A stretch of 63,938 nucleotides of DNA, counting the filler, from Kipferlia bialata (taxonomy: Eukaryota): assembly GCA_003568945.1 (NCBI GenBank). It is 4 parts of 4 records of this genome, joined end to end, with 100 filler letters (N's around TTAATTAATTAA, not from the genome) between each part and the next. Parts side by side here need not be neighbours in the genome. Positions count along the whole stretch, not along the records: positions 37,424 to 56,024 come from BDIP01000470.1; 3 more parts are not named here. The stretch is one strand, 5' to 3'. Shown in pieces: positions 38,188 through 52,100 of this stretch. Within the stretch, counting starts at the first letter, position 1. Each line of letters begins with the position of its first letter. The position numbers and the translations under genes are program-made. The notes under the pieces were generated by a model. The model did not search any database, was not told where the DNA came from, and saw only the letters and a list, made by a program, of their open reading frames with translations.

Positions 38188-39986
38188 GAGGCATCTGCTG
38201 TGGAGAAGGGGGTCAGTACCACAGGCTGGGCCTACGATAAGAAGCATATGTCTAAATGTATAACGATAAATGTAACTGTTATAACGATAAATGTACCTGT
38301 TCCAAGAATGCCTCCCAGCACCAGTTCGTGGGCAGTATAACTATACATATATATACATTATTACCTGTTCCAGTCCACATAATACTTCTATATATATATC
38401 TATATACGTACTAATCATATACCTGCTCCAGGAATGCCTCCCAGCACCAGTTGGTGGGTAGCACCCTGCCACCCTGGCAGAGGAGACAGAAGATGAGGAG
38501 CTCAGACAGGGTCTCCCTGATTATGAGCACTAGTATATACTAATAAGTATATACACACACATATATATGAGATCAGGCAGAAGATGAGGAGCTCGGACAG
38601 GGTCTCTCTGAAGGTGAGTGAATACTCACACATACATATATATAATGTGTATATATGGCTACATATATGGTGGATCAGGCATAAGATGGAGAACAGGCAG
38701 TACTCTCTGATTAATAGGGCACACGACTCTTGATACCTTGGCAGTTTGGACTTGTACAGTCCTGTATACATACATGTATATGTGAACATAGACTACTAAA
38801 ATTACCACTAATCCTAATATATATATATATATATATGTATACCTTGGCAGTTTGGACTTGTACAGTCCTCGTGGCTGGTTGGCAGTGTGGAAATAGTCGT
38901 ACTGAGATAAGAGAGAGAGAGAGAGAGAGATAGAGAGAGAGAGAGGATGGCAGTGTGGAAGTAGTCATACTTATATGAGGGGGTGGGGGGAGGACTGGTT
39001 AGCAGTGTAGAGGTATTGAGTAGTGATACTGGGTTGCGATATTCCAATTCCACTGCTATGCACTGATACACATATCGTATCCAGAGTGAAGTACCTGTCT
39101 CATTCTGAAGCAGTCCACCAGCCACTCCCTCTGCTCCATGGGGGTGAGACCCACACACCTACAGTAAGAGAGAGACAGACAGAGAAGAGAAGAGCATGGC
39201 CTGAGGGGTGGGGGTCAGGAGGAGAACATGTATGTGAAATGTAAGAAGGCTTTGAAAACCCAATGTAAGAAGGCTTGAAAACCCATCGGAAGGACCATAA
39301 CCTCACTTGCAGTATATCGGGACAGGTAAGTAGCAAGAACGGATGGAGGTATATAAATAGCAATGGCACGTGAGTTCCCAGAGTTCATTAAACACACATG
39401 TATGTAACATATCTATGCACTGGTACGTACCATGCACTTGGGACAGCAGTGCCAGAGGACATGTATCCACCAGATATGCCCTGAAATGAGAGGGAGAACA
39501 TGGAAGAAGGATGAATTACAAAGATAAAGGAGAAGATGTGGATAGTGGTGTGAAGAGGGTATATGCCCAAGAGACAAGGCACAATCCAAAGTTTACAATA
39601 CTATACTGTACAACAAGGCCTCAAGGGCATAATATCACTGGGGGAAGCCTATATATGGGTTATCAGACAGAGATGGAGCAATACGTACTCAAAACGTCAG
39701 ATGAGAGGCTTCAAATATGTTGTCAGTATCTACGGGCTGAATACCCACCTTGATCATCTCTGCATTGCCAAGCTTCACCCTGGCACTCTCTAGGTACTCA
39801 GATTGGGCCTGAGTTAAGGTATTAACGACACAGTGAAAATGACGAGATGTGGTCATGAGTGGTCATGGATACAGTACACTCGGACATACACCTTCAGTCT
39901 GCCATAAATAGTGGCGTAGGATGTAAAGGACACGAATATATGGTGTATACCTTCACGAATGACGCAGCCTCGCCTGGGCGCTCCAT
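37495..39986 (-). CDS. Hypothetical multi-exon gene, 5' part (runs off contig)
   Basis: ATG 39986 (MERPGEAASFVK), then short GT-AG exons such as AQSEYLESARVKLGNAEMIK, ETLSELLIFCLLCQGGRVLPTNWCWEAFLEQ and AQPVVLTPFSTADATAKYGVEDVAQ. Exon chain not fully resolved. Confidence 0.4.
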
Positions 39987-40133
39987 GCTGATTCGTTGAA
40001 GAAGTGAGACTTGATTGATTTACAGAAACAATCAAAAAAATTGCTTGGTATTGGGGGGGTAGTCATTCTGACAAGATCGAAACCGACTGCCTTCTATGAC
40101 ACACAACGAGGCGAAGGGTGGTCTGTCTGTAAG
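39987..40133. promoter_or_regulatory. Short divergent promoter region
   Basis: About 147 bp between the putative minus-strand ATG (39986) and the CUB-repeat gene ATG (40134). Confidence 0.4.
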
Positions 40134-43100
40134 ATGAGACGACTTGTTGCCCTCTTGGCCGTCTTAGTGGCGGCCTTGTGTGGTTCGGTTCAGCTCACGG
40201 CTGGAACCGACGTCAACTTCACTTTTGGGAGGGTTTCTTCGGCTTTTGTGGGATCTCTGGAGGGTTCCAGCGAAGATGGTGAGTCTTAGTTGTATTAAAG
40301 TCTTATATCTACAGTATAGTGTCTCTACAGGTCGTGAGTGTAGCCATCTGACGTCAGGATACGGCCTTCTTTGCCTTGACTCCCTGAATGGAGACGCCAC
40401 TGCCTTCCTGTGTGGCTCTGATGTCACTGCAGACGCCTGTGTGGACCAGTACGACTACATGATGTCCTCTGGTTCCTGCATGGACGTCAGTGCTGACATG
40501 ACTCAGGTGTGTATGGCAGTTGGTACCGATGACGAGTGAGGGGTGCAACAGTAGGCCACCATATTACACGTACATATACCTCCTAACCTCAACTATCACT
40601 GTATTGTGTCCCTGTGGAGCAGAGACTCCTCTACCGAGTTTATCTGTATATGAATGGTTCTCATTCAGTCTTGCACTGTTGGCAGATACAGCGTTTCATG
40701 GTATCCATACGGCTCATACCAGGTCGTCGTCACCGGTGCCCCAGGTGCTGAGTGCACTCTGTCCCTCACAAAGGTACTATTAGTATGTACTGTAGTATGC
40801 TGTGTATTGGAGATGTGAGGGGGGGGGGGGAGTGTCACGTCAGTGTGAATTCTATCATCCTTGTTATGATACCCATATCGGGGGGATTGGTGAGTTTCTC
40901 TGCGTCTCCAGCCCAACAGGAAGCATCTCTGTAGCACTGTGTGTTCTCACCCCCAGGAGCCCATCGTATGGACCCCTGCTCCCAAGGGCATCCTTAGAGG
41001 TGAGATGCTACACCCTTATCTTCCAGTCTTGTTTCTGCAGAAAGGGTTGATAATTCATCATAATTTCTGTCTAACTTCAGACCCTGTCGTCACTCCCGTC
41101 ACTGATAGTGAGGGTGAGATCCAGGGCAACGAGGACCTTGGGACTGACAACACATGGGTAGTGTACGCCGACACTGACGCTGCCACTGTGACCTCTGTGC
41201 AGATTGGCATCCACTCTGACGTCGACCCCACAGACTCCCTCTCCCTCTTCGTCGCTCACTGGGACAGCGAGACTAGTTCTCTCTCCCAGGATAAGGAGAT
41301 CTACGCCGACTTTGCCGCCGATGGTACCTCTGACCCTGAGTATGTGCTGACCTTCGACTATGCCGAGGACCCTGCCACTGCCATCAACTGCTGGTACATG
41401 CAGTTTGTGGTGCACGAGGAGGAGGAGACTGCCTCTGATGCCGATGCCCCCACTGGATTCACTGCCACCTACACCTCCTACTACTACAATTCTGAGGTGG
41501 AGTACGATGTGGAGGGTGCCTATGGCACAGTTACCAACGGCAACTACTACAACAACGAGAGAGACAACTGGGTGATCACAAGGTGTGCATAGTATAGTGT
41601 GTATATATACTCGTCGAGTTGATCTGATGCCAGAGACCATGCCACCTCTGGCTCCCTCATCTGCACTGGTGCCACTGGGGGTGAGACTGATACCCTCACC
41701 ATTGCCACTGGTCTCTGTGACGGCATGGACGTGACCCCTGACGCCAATGAGGTCACTGTCCTCTCTGGTGCCATCTCCATGGACGACAGCCTCGTGGTTG
41801 ACTTCACCCCCGAGACCACCAACTGCTTCTCCCTCCTCTGGGAGACTGACGATGACTGTATCGGAGCTGGAGGGTTCACCTGTGACTACACGGTAGCCTC
41901 TGCTATGACCACTCTCCACACGGATGGGGTCGACTTCTCCAGTGAGAGGTATGTGTGTATGAGGATGTGTCATGCTCTTGTAGTGTTATGTATACTGGTA
42001 CACTCCCCAACTCCTGGATTATGCATGATTTTGGATACTGATACACCCTCACTCCCAGGTACGAGCCCTATGCCCTGGACACCTACATCATCGGCACTGA
42101 GCTCACCAACGACCTCATCTTTGACGTCTCCATCACTGGTGCCATTGCCGACACCGCTGTCCTCAAGGTCTACTCTGGAGTGTGCAAGGGGGAGACCCCT
42201 GTAGGCGAGGGCACCCTCCTGGATACTGTGGCTGGTGGTGCCATCGACGTGTCAGAGAGTGTGATCCTGTCTACCGGTGATGACGGTGCCACTGCCTGTG
42301 TCTACTTCACTCTAGACACCCAGAAGGAGGCTGGCACTGTCTCTGACGAGGGAGTGGAGGAGGAGGCCTTCACCTGCACATACAGCACACAGAAGGTGGA
42401 GACCCAGACATGGATCACCGAGATGGGACCCAACACCTTCACCAACACCCGCTACCTCTCCACCCAGGACGACACCTTCATCGTCTTCCCTGACACCCCC
42501 GTGGCCTCTGTCGCCCTCTCTGTTGATGTGACTGCAATGGCTGACACTGACTCTCTCTCCCTCTCTGTCGCACACTGTGCTGGGGGGAACATGCTGGTGC
42601 TACCCGGCAAGGCCCTCGATGTCGACTTTGGCTCTGACATCCTCCTCACCCTTGACGTTGATGGCACTGATGACAGCCTCAACTGCTGGGTGCTTGAGTT
42701 TGTGACCGACGGTGCAGATGCCACTGACCCTGACGCTAAGGTGTTCTCCGCCATATACACATGCACTGAGTACACTGCCACCGATGACGTCATCGTGCTG
42801 GTGGAGGACTCTGGTGATATCGACCCTGCCTACTACAACAGCCAGAGCACCGAGTGGGTTGTGACAAGCGATGCTATGGCTGGCGCTCAGCTCACCTGCC
42901 AGGGCACCCCTGCTGACGGAGATGTATTCTCTGTGCACGTTGGTACCTGTGTCGATGATGTCTACACCCCAGGCACTGAGGTTGTGGCCGTCGAGGGCGT
43001 CTACGACGTTGCCTTCGCCGCCCCCCACGACAGCACCAACTGCTTCATTGTGGACTGGACTACCAACGCTGACTACCTCGGTGGAGACATGGTGACATGC

Positions 43101-46100
43101 GAGTACACTGTGACAAAGGCCGCTGAGAGCAGCGCCCTGTTCACCGACCTCTCCGGCACTGTGGTGCTTGGTGACTATGTCCCCTACATGACATCTACCT
43201 ACATCATGGCACCCAACATGGACACAGAGGACGCCACCGTCGGTGTCACTGGCACCATTGACGCCACTGCCTCTCTATCTCTCTACCAGGGCATGTGCTC
43301 TGCTGAGGGTGTCGTCCAGGGCGATGGAGTCCTCATCTCTGACGCTGCCAGTGGTGACATTGACATTGAGACCACCACTGTGACCTATACCCTTGACGAG
43401 ACTGGGGCCACCTTCCCCTGCATGTATATTGTGCTTGAGACGGCTGCCGAGGCCACCGATGGCTCCGCCTTCTCCTGCACATACTCCTTCGACAAGTCGC
43501 TCAAGCACTGGACCACCGCGATGTCTGGCACTCTCACCAACACTCGTTACGAGCCTACCGCCACTGACTACTACATCGTGGCCCCTGACACAACCGTCGC
43601 CTCTGTCTCTCTCTCTGTTGACGTGACTGCCATGGGAGATGAGGACCTCCTCTCTCTCTATGCCGGACACTGTGATGATGGCACCCTTGTGTCCATGAAG
43701 CAGCTCATGGTTGACTTCTCATCCGACATCATTGTCACACTCGACGTGGCTGATGTCACTGACCTCGGTAGCCTCAACTGCTGGCTGCTTGAGTTTGACA
43801 CTAATGGCGCCACCGTCCCTGAGGGCGAGACCGACCACCAGGCCTTCTCTGCTGATTACACCTGCGTTGCATACACTGCCGATGGAGACGATGACCAGGT
43901 TATCCTCACCGACGCTACTGGCACCGTTACCCCCACCAACTACTACAACGACCAGCACAACGAGTGGGTTGTGACAAGCGATGCCATGGCCGGAGCTAGT
44001 GTGACATGCACAGGCGCCGCTGGTCCTGGCGATACTATGACTGTGTGGACTGGTGTGTATGACGGAGAGGCATACGCTAAGGGCACATCCGTTGACGCAG
44101 TCGATGGTGTTTACACCATTGCCTTCGCTGACGTCCATGATGCCACTAACGCCTTCTCCCTGGTGTGGGACACTGACAGTGACTGCCTTGGAGGAGACCT
44201 TGTCACATGCGAGTACACCCTGACCGCATCTGGCGAGGCCAAGTACCACTACACCGAGACTGCTGGTACCTTCGACTCTGAGCGCTACGTTGAGTACATG
44301 AAGGACACCTACATCATCAGCCCCAACATGGACGCTGACTCTGCCTCTATTGCTGTCACCGGTACCATCGATGATAGCGCCACTCTCTCTCTCTATGCTG
44401 GAGTGTGCATGGACAACGAGGTTGTGGGTGACGGCACTCTTGTCGGTGATGCCATCGGTATGAGCACCGTGATCAACTTTGAGGTTGATGTTGCTGGCCT
44501 TCCCTGCCTCTACCTTGTGCTTGAGACTGAGGCCGACTCCACTGATGACATGGGATTCACCTGCACCTACGCCTTTGACCCCTACTCCACCACCACCTGG
44601 TACTCTGACATGACCCGCACCATCTCTAACTCGCGTTACGAGGAGAGGATCGACGACCTCTATGTGGTCTTCCCTGAGCCTGCCGTCGTCTCCTCTGTCT
44701 CTCTCTCTGTCGATGCCTCTGCTCTTGTGGAGGGTGTGGACACACTTTCTCTCTATGTTGCCCACTGTGCCGATGCCGGTGTCACTGGAGAGAAGGCCCT
44801 TGATGTCGACTTCGCCTCTGACATCATGCTGACTCTCGATGTTGATGGGGCTGATACTAGCTTGAACTGCTGGTACCTCGAGTTCACAACAGTCGGCGCC
44901 GACGTCACTGACCCCAAGAGCTTCTCTGCCACCTACACCTGCACCGAGTACTTCCCCACTGTCCCCATCGCGTACCTCTCTGCAGTTGCTGGCACTATTG
45001 AGCTTGATTACTCCAACAACCAGCACAGCCAGTGGGTTGTCACCGCTGACGTGGCCTCTGCCGAGGTCACCTGCTATGGCACACCCGCCGCTGGTGATGC
45101 CCTCACTGTCTTCGCTGGTGTGTACGATGGAGTCACCCCCTCCACTGCTACCAAGGGAGACGAGGTGACTGCTGTCGAGGGAGTCTACACGATTGACTTT
45201 GCCGCCCCCCACGCCAACACCAACTGCTTCTTTGTCGACTGGGTCACTGGAAGTGAGTACCTTGGAGAGGCTGTGACATGTGAGTACACTGTGACTCCCT
45301 CTGTTGAGGCTGAGTACACCATCACTGACGTCACCTCCACCTTTGCCTCTGAGCGCTATGTTGCCTTCATGGACGACACCTACGTCATCAGACCCAAGCT
45401 TGACTCTGATGCCGCCACTGTCTCAGTATCTGGCACTCTCGACGTTGACGCCACCCTCTCTGTCTACCAGGGAGTGTGGGACGGGGAGACTGTCACCGAC
45501 GGTGTGCAGATCTACACAGTCACTGGAGGTGATATCGACCTGGAGGAGACTGAGGTCACCTTCACCGTTGTTGCTGAGGGACTCTCCCCCTGCCTCTACC
45601 TCACCCTCGAGACCAACGCTGCTATCACTGAGGGCATGGACTTCTCTTGCACCTACGCCTTTGAGGCCTATGCCTCCCAGTCCTGGACAGAGGAGCCCGA
45701 GGGCCAGCTAGTCTCTGCTCGCTACGAGCCCAGACAGGACGACACCTACGTCGTGAGTGCCGGTGCTGATGTCACATCTGTCACTGTCACCATGACCTCT
45801 GTCGACATTGACGAGGCCACCGACGCCCTCTCTCTCTACGTCGCACACTGCGGCACCAAGGAGGAGGCCGCCGTGTCCAACCCCACCCTCATCAGTGAGC
45901 AGGTGGTGTCTGGAGGTGTCACTACCCTCACCTTTGACTACGGTAGTGAGGCCGAGGACAGCATCAACTGCTGGTACATGGAGTTTGTCACGGAGGCCTC
46001 TGCCGCTACTGGCAAGGGCTTCACTGTGGACTATGTGTCCAAGACCTATGTCCCCACCGACGATGTCGTGTACATTGACACCAGCGACGCTGTCTCTGGC

Positions 46101-49100
46101 ACCATCACCAACATCAACTACTACAACGACCAGCACAACCAGTGGGTCCTGACCAACACCAACCCGATGATGGCTGCCACAGTTCTCTCCCTCTCTGGAC
46201 TCAACGGGGATAACAGCGATCACCTCTCCATCTACAAGGCCACCTGCGAGGAGGGAGAGGACCCTGCGGTAGGCGACCTCGTCTACACCTACAACGGTTC
46301 CTTCGATGTGACGGTGACTGCTGGGTTCGATGAGTACTACCACTACGACCCCTCCAACTGCGTTGTCCTCCACTGGGACACCGACTCTGACAGCATCGGC
46401 GCAGAGGACTTCAACTGTGACTACACGGTTACCCCCCTCAAGCAGACCACCTACACCACCACCGCCCAGACTGGCAGGGTGACTTCTGCGAGATTTGTGC
46501 CCTACATGCAGGACACATACGTCATCAGCCCCAACCTTGATGCCGACTCTGCCTCTGTCTCTCTCTCTGGAGACATTGGCTTCGACGGTGCCGATCTCGC
46601 ACTCTACCAGGGTGTGTGCATGGATGGAGAGGTGGTGGGTGAGGGCACTGTCCTCGCCGAGTGGGAGTTCGGTACGGCTATTTCATACACCAAGGATATC
46701 CTCTTTGAAGTGGACCCAGCCGGCCTTCCTTGCCTGTACATAGTACTCGAGACTATGGCCGGTGCCACTGAGGGCTCCTTTGCTTTCGAGTACTCCTTTG
46801 AGGCCTATGAGACCGCTGTCTGGTACTCTGACATGGCCCGCACTATCTCTAACTCGCGTTACGAGGAGAGACAGGATGACAAGTACGTTGTCTTCCCTGA
46901 GCCTGCTGTTGTCTCCTCCGTTTCTCTCACTGTGGATACCTCTGCCATGAACCCCGAGACTGACAGCCTCTCCCTCTACGTGGCTCACTGTGCTGCTGCT
47001 GATGTCACCAACGCTGAGGCCCTCGAGGTAGACTTCATCTCTGAGGTTGTGATCACCCTTGACGTTGATGGTGCCGATACTAGCATGAACTGCTGGTACC
47101 TCGAGTTCACCACTGACGGTGCTGATGTCACTGACCCCCTTGCCAAGGCATTCACTGCTGAGTACGCCTGTGAGCAGTACTACCCCACTGTGCCCCTCGT
47201 CACTCTCACCGAGGCCACTGGCACCATCACCCCCTCCACATACCACAACGACCAGCACATCGAGTGGGTTGTGACAAGTGACGCCATGGCCCACTTCGAG
47301 CTGTCCTGCACTGGCATGTTTGGCGAGGGCGATGTCCTCACAGCCTACATGGCAGACTACATTGACGGGGCTGTTCAGAACGAGGTGCTTGCCACCACTT
47401 TCACCCCCGATGATAGGGATGTGATGTGCGCCCGCACCTTTGAGGCCTACGTTGATACCAACTGCTTCACAGTGCACTGGGACACTAACACTGACTACCT
47501 CGGCGGTGACAAGTTCACCTGTGAGTACGTTGTTCAGCCCTATGTGGAGGAGACCTACTCATACGTCGAGGAGGCTGGTACCATCACCCAGGAGCGCTAC
47601 ATCGAGTACGCCAAGGACACCTACCTTCTGGTACCTGATGTGGACACTGATGCTGTGAGCGTCACTCTCTCTGGCACCATCGACACCACTGCCACTCTCT
47701 CTCTCTACCAGGGTGTGTGCGATGATGGCGAGGTTGTGGGTGAGGGCACTCTGATTGACACCTCCTCTGGTGACATTGACGTGTCACACAACATCCAGTT
47801 CCACGAGGCTGGGGTCTGCGTGTGGGCCACTCTCGAGACCGAGCTCATCACTGAGGACGGTATGGGTTTCTCCATCGAGTACGTCTTTGAGTCATTCTCC
47901 ACCACCACCTGGATCTCTGAGATGACCGGCTCTGTCTCTAACTCGCGTTACGAGGAGAGGCAGGATGACATCTTTGTTATCTTCCCCGAGGCCACCATTG
48001 CCTCAGTCTCTCTCTCTGTCGATGTATCTGCCATGGACGCTGAGACCGACTCCCTCACCCTCTCTGTCGCTCACTGTGACGGACAGGTCAAGACCCTTGG
48101 CAAGCCTCTAGTGGTTGACTTCACCTCTGACATCACCCTCACCCTCGACGTTGAGGGGGCTGACGAGAGCCTCAACTGCTGGACTCTGCAGTTTGTGACT
48201 GACGGTGCAGATGTCACCGACCCCACCGCTGTTGCATTCACTGCTGACTACACCTGCAATGAGTACACACCCACTGACGATGTGATTACTCTGACCGACG
48301 TGCACGGCACCATCACCCCCACCAACTACTTCAACAACCAGCACAAGGAGTGGGTTGTGACAAGCGACGCCATGGCTGCCACCACTTTCGGATGCACTGG
48401 ACTCTCTGGAGAGGGAGATACCGTGTCCATTTACACCTCTGAGAGCGAGGAGCCTGTGTGGACAGACAGTGGAGACATTGACTTTGAGGGCCTCATTGCC
48501 GGCTTTGCCCTCTACCAGCCCTCCAACTCTGTCTCTCTCCACTGGGACACCAACTCTGACTACCTCGGAGCAGAGGGTGTGACATGTGACTACACGGTCA
48601 CAGAGTACACCACAGAGACCCTGTATTCCGACACTCTTGTCGATTCCATGGTCTCTGCCAGATACGAGTCCTACATCCTGGACACATACGTCATGGCACC
48701 AGATGCCAACGTTGACGAGGGCACCTTCACCATCACTGGAACCATCTCCACCGATGCCGTGTTCAAGGTCTACCAGGGTCTGTTCGACCCCAAGGCCCAC
48801 ACCATCGTCGGAAAGGGCACCCTCCTCTACACCTCTGATGCCGGTGAGATTGACTTCAGCGACAGTGTCCCCATGGACGCCCCAAGCGACGAGGGCAGGC
48901 GCTGTGTCTACATGACTCTCCAGACTGCTCTCGTGGGTGACGACACCACAGGCCTCGGCTTCCAGTGCGACTATGTCTTTGAGACATTCTCCTCCACTCA
49001 GTGGATCACTGATGCCGCTCGTGTTTTTACTAACACGCGTTACGAGGAGAGGCAGGACGACACATACGTTGTGTTCCCAGCTGACCCCGTCGCCTCTGTC

Positions 49101-52100
49101 AGCATTACAATCGACGCCTCTGGCATCGATCAGACCACCGACAGCCTATCTCTCTTTGTCGCACACTGCGAGGACGGCGCCATGTCCAAGGGCCACTTCA
49201 TCGCCTCTGAGTTCACCGATGAGCCCATTGTACTCACCCTCGACGTCGATGGCGGAGAGGACTCCCGTAACTGCTGGGCCCTCGAGTTTGAGACTGAGGG
49301 CTCTGCCGCCACCGGCACTGGCTTCACCGCCACCTACGCCTCCTCCATGTACACTGCCAGTCCCGCCATTATCACTGTGACTGAGGACTCCGGTAAATTT
49401 GACCATGAGAGCTACTACAACAACCAGTCCCAGGTGTGGGTCATCACCAACGACGCCATGGCCCTTGCCAGCGTCAAGGTCATGGGAGACACTGGTGATA
49501 ACGATGTAGTTTCCCTCTACTCCGCCTCCTGGGACGGAACCACCCTCTCCGACGAGGTCCTGATGTGGTCTGGAAGTGGCAAGGATCTCATGCCCTCTGT
49601 CGACTTCTCCTTTGACGCAATGGTCCCCACCAACGCTGTCTCAGTGCACTTTGACACCAACGGAGACTACCTTGGAGACGTTGGATTCATTGTTGAATAC
49701 ACTGTCACTCCCTACACGGAGGAGACCTACCTCCACACTGAGGTTGTCACTGAATTTGTCAACGAGCGCTACGAGGCCTACGCGATCGACACCTACGTCA
49801 TGAACCCCAGCCTCGACAACATTGACGCGATGCACGTTGCCGTGACTGGTACCATCGCCCCCACTGACACCATCACTGTCTTCAGCGGTCTGTGCCTTGA
49901 CGACGTGGTTGTCGATGCCGGTACAGTTGTCGCCACTCAGACTGGAGAGGAGGCTCTTGCCATCTCTGCCGATCTCTTCCTCGACCCCCCTGACGTGCCC
50001 CCCACCTTCGGCACCCAGTGCATGTACGTTGTGCTTGAGGTCCCCCACGACGTCAACAACCCCGAGGACATGCACTTCGAGGTCACCTACGCGATGGAGT
50101 CCTACTCCACCACTGTCTGGTTCGATGACCTCGCCGGTACCTTCTCCAACACCAGATACGAGGAGAGGCAGCAGGACAGCTTTGTCGTCCACCCTGATAC
50201 CGATGGAATGCTGGCCTCTGCCACTGTCACCATTGTCACAGACATTGACGCCACCACAGACTCTGTCGGCTTCTACGTTGCACACTGCGACGTGACTGAC
50301 GAGGGTGTGCAGACTGTCTCCAGCCGCAAGTTCCTCACCAACGAGTTCACCGCTGACCCCGTGTACCTCAGCCTCGACCTTGAGGACGAGGAGTCCAACC
50401 GCAACTGCTGGCTGATCCAGTTCTCCACCCAAGACTCCGCCCACCTCGGGACAGGATTCACCGCCACCTACGAGTCTCAGCTCTACGTTGACGAGGAGCC
50501 TGTTATCCACATGACCGATGCTGCTGGTACCGTCTCCCCCACCAACTACTACAACAACCAGAGCAGCGAGTGGATTGTGACCGGAGACGCCATGGCCAAC
50601 GTGCAGCTCACATGCACCGGTGTGACACACGCTGATGATGTCATTGAGGTCTACAGTGGAACATGGGACGGAACCGATGCTACCGAGAGGAAGCTCGAGT
50701 GGTCCTACAGCGGAGTGATTGGCGAGCGCCGCGGAACCTTCGAGATTGAGTTCTACGCCTACGAGCCCTCTAACTGCTTCACAGTCCACTTTGACACCAA
50801 CGGAGACTACATCGGCGACGCTGGCTTCTCATGCGAGTACTCGACCTCTTCCTACACTAAGGCCACCAACTCTTTCACAGACGAGGTTGACAGCTTCGAC
50901 ACCTACCGCTACGAGTCCTACATTGAGGACACGTACCTGATGTACACTGACAACATGGAGGCTCTGTCTGCTGGAATCACTGTCACTGGAACACTCTCAG
51001 ACACCGCCATGGTGATGCTGTACTCAGGTACACATTCTCTCTCTCTCTCTCTCTCTTCCTACCTCTCTTACTCACAGGCCTTTGTGCTACTGGGTCAGTA
51101 ATCTCCCGCGGTGAGCTGGTTGATACCGTGGCCGGTGGAGCTGTCGACATTGCCCAGAGCTTCAGCTTCCCTGCTCTTGAGAGTGCAGACTCTGGCTACA
51201 CCTGCCTCATCCTAGTGCTGGACACCAAGGCTGAGTCTGATGACGTCACTGGCATGGGTCTCTCTGTCGACTACTACATCCAGTCATACGCCACTGAGAC
51301 ATGGATGGATGCCGCTTCTGGCTCCATCTCCAACTCTAGGTAACTTCATTTATATATATATATGCTATGTGTTTGCTATGTATAGTACTGACCCTCCAGG
51401 TACATCCACGAGCAGGATGACCTGTGGATCGTGTACCCAGACCTTGCCATGGCCTCCGCATCCCTCTCCATCTATGCCACTGACATTGACGCCACAGACT
51501 CCCTCACAGTCTCTGTCGCCCACTGCGAGGACGGTGCTGTTACCCTCGCCCAGCCCCTAGTTGTTGACTTCACCTCTGACGTTGTCCTCACCCTTGACGT
51601 TGAGGGAGCTGACGAGAGCCTCAACTGCTGGACCCTCGAGTTTGTCACTGTGCAGTCCGCTGCCGCTGGCATGGGCTTCTCCTGTGACTACACGATGGCT
51701 GCCTACACCCCCACCGATGACATGACTGTGCTAGCTGATGCCTCTGGTGTCATTGCCAACTCTGACTACTACAACAACGAGTCCAAGGGGTGGGCTGTGA
51801 TGTCCTCTCAGACAATGGCATCTGCTACAGTGTCATGCACTGGATCCATCAAGGAGGGAGACACCCTCTCTCTCTACACGGCTGTGTGCGATGGACAGAC
51901 CATCGTGGATGGACAGCAGATCTGGAGCGGCACTGGCGGCCTCGACGTTGTCAACTCTCTCTCCTTCCCCGAGTTTGACAACTCCAACTGCTTCACCATG
52001 CACTTTGAGACCGACGGAGATTACCTCGGAGACGCTGGCTTCTCATGCGAGTACGACACCACTGTGTACACCTCGGCCACCTACCTTCACTCTGACGACA

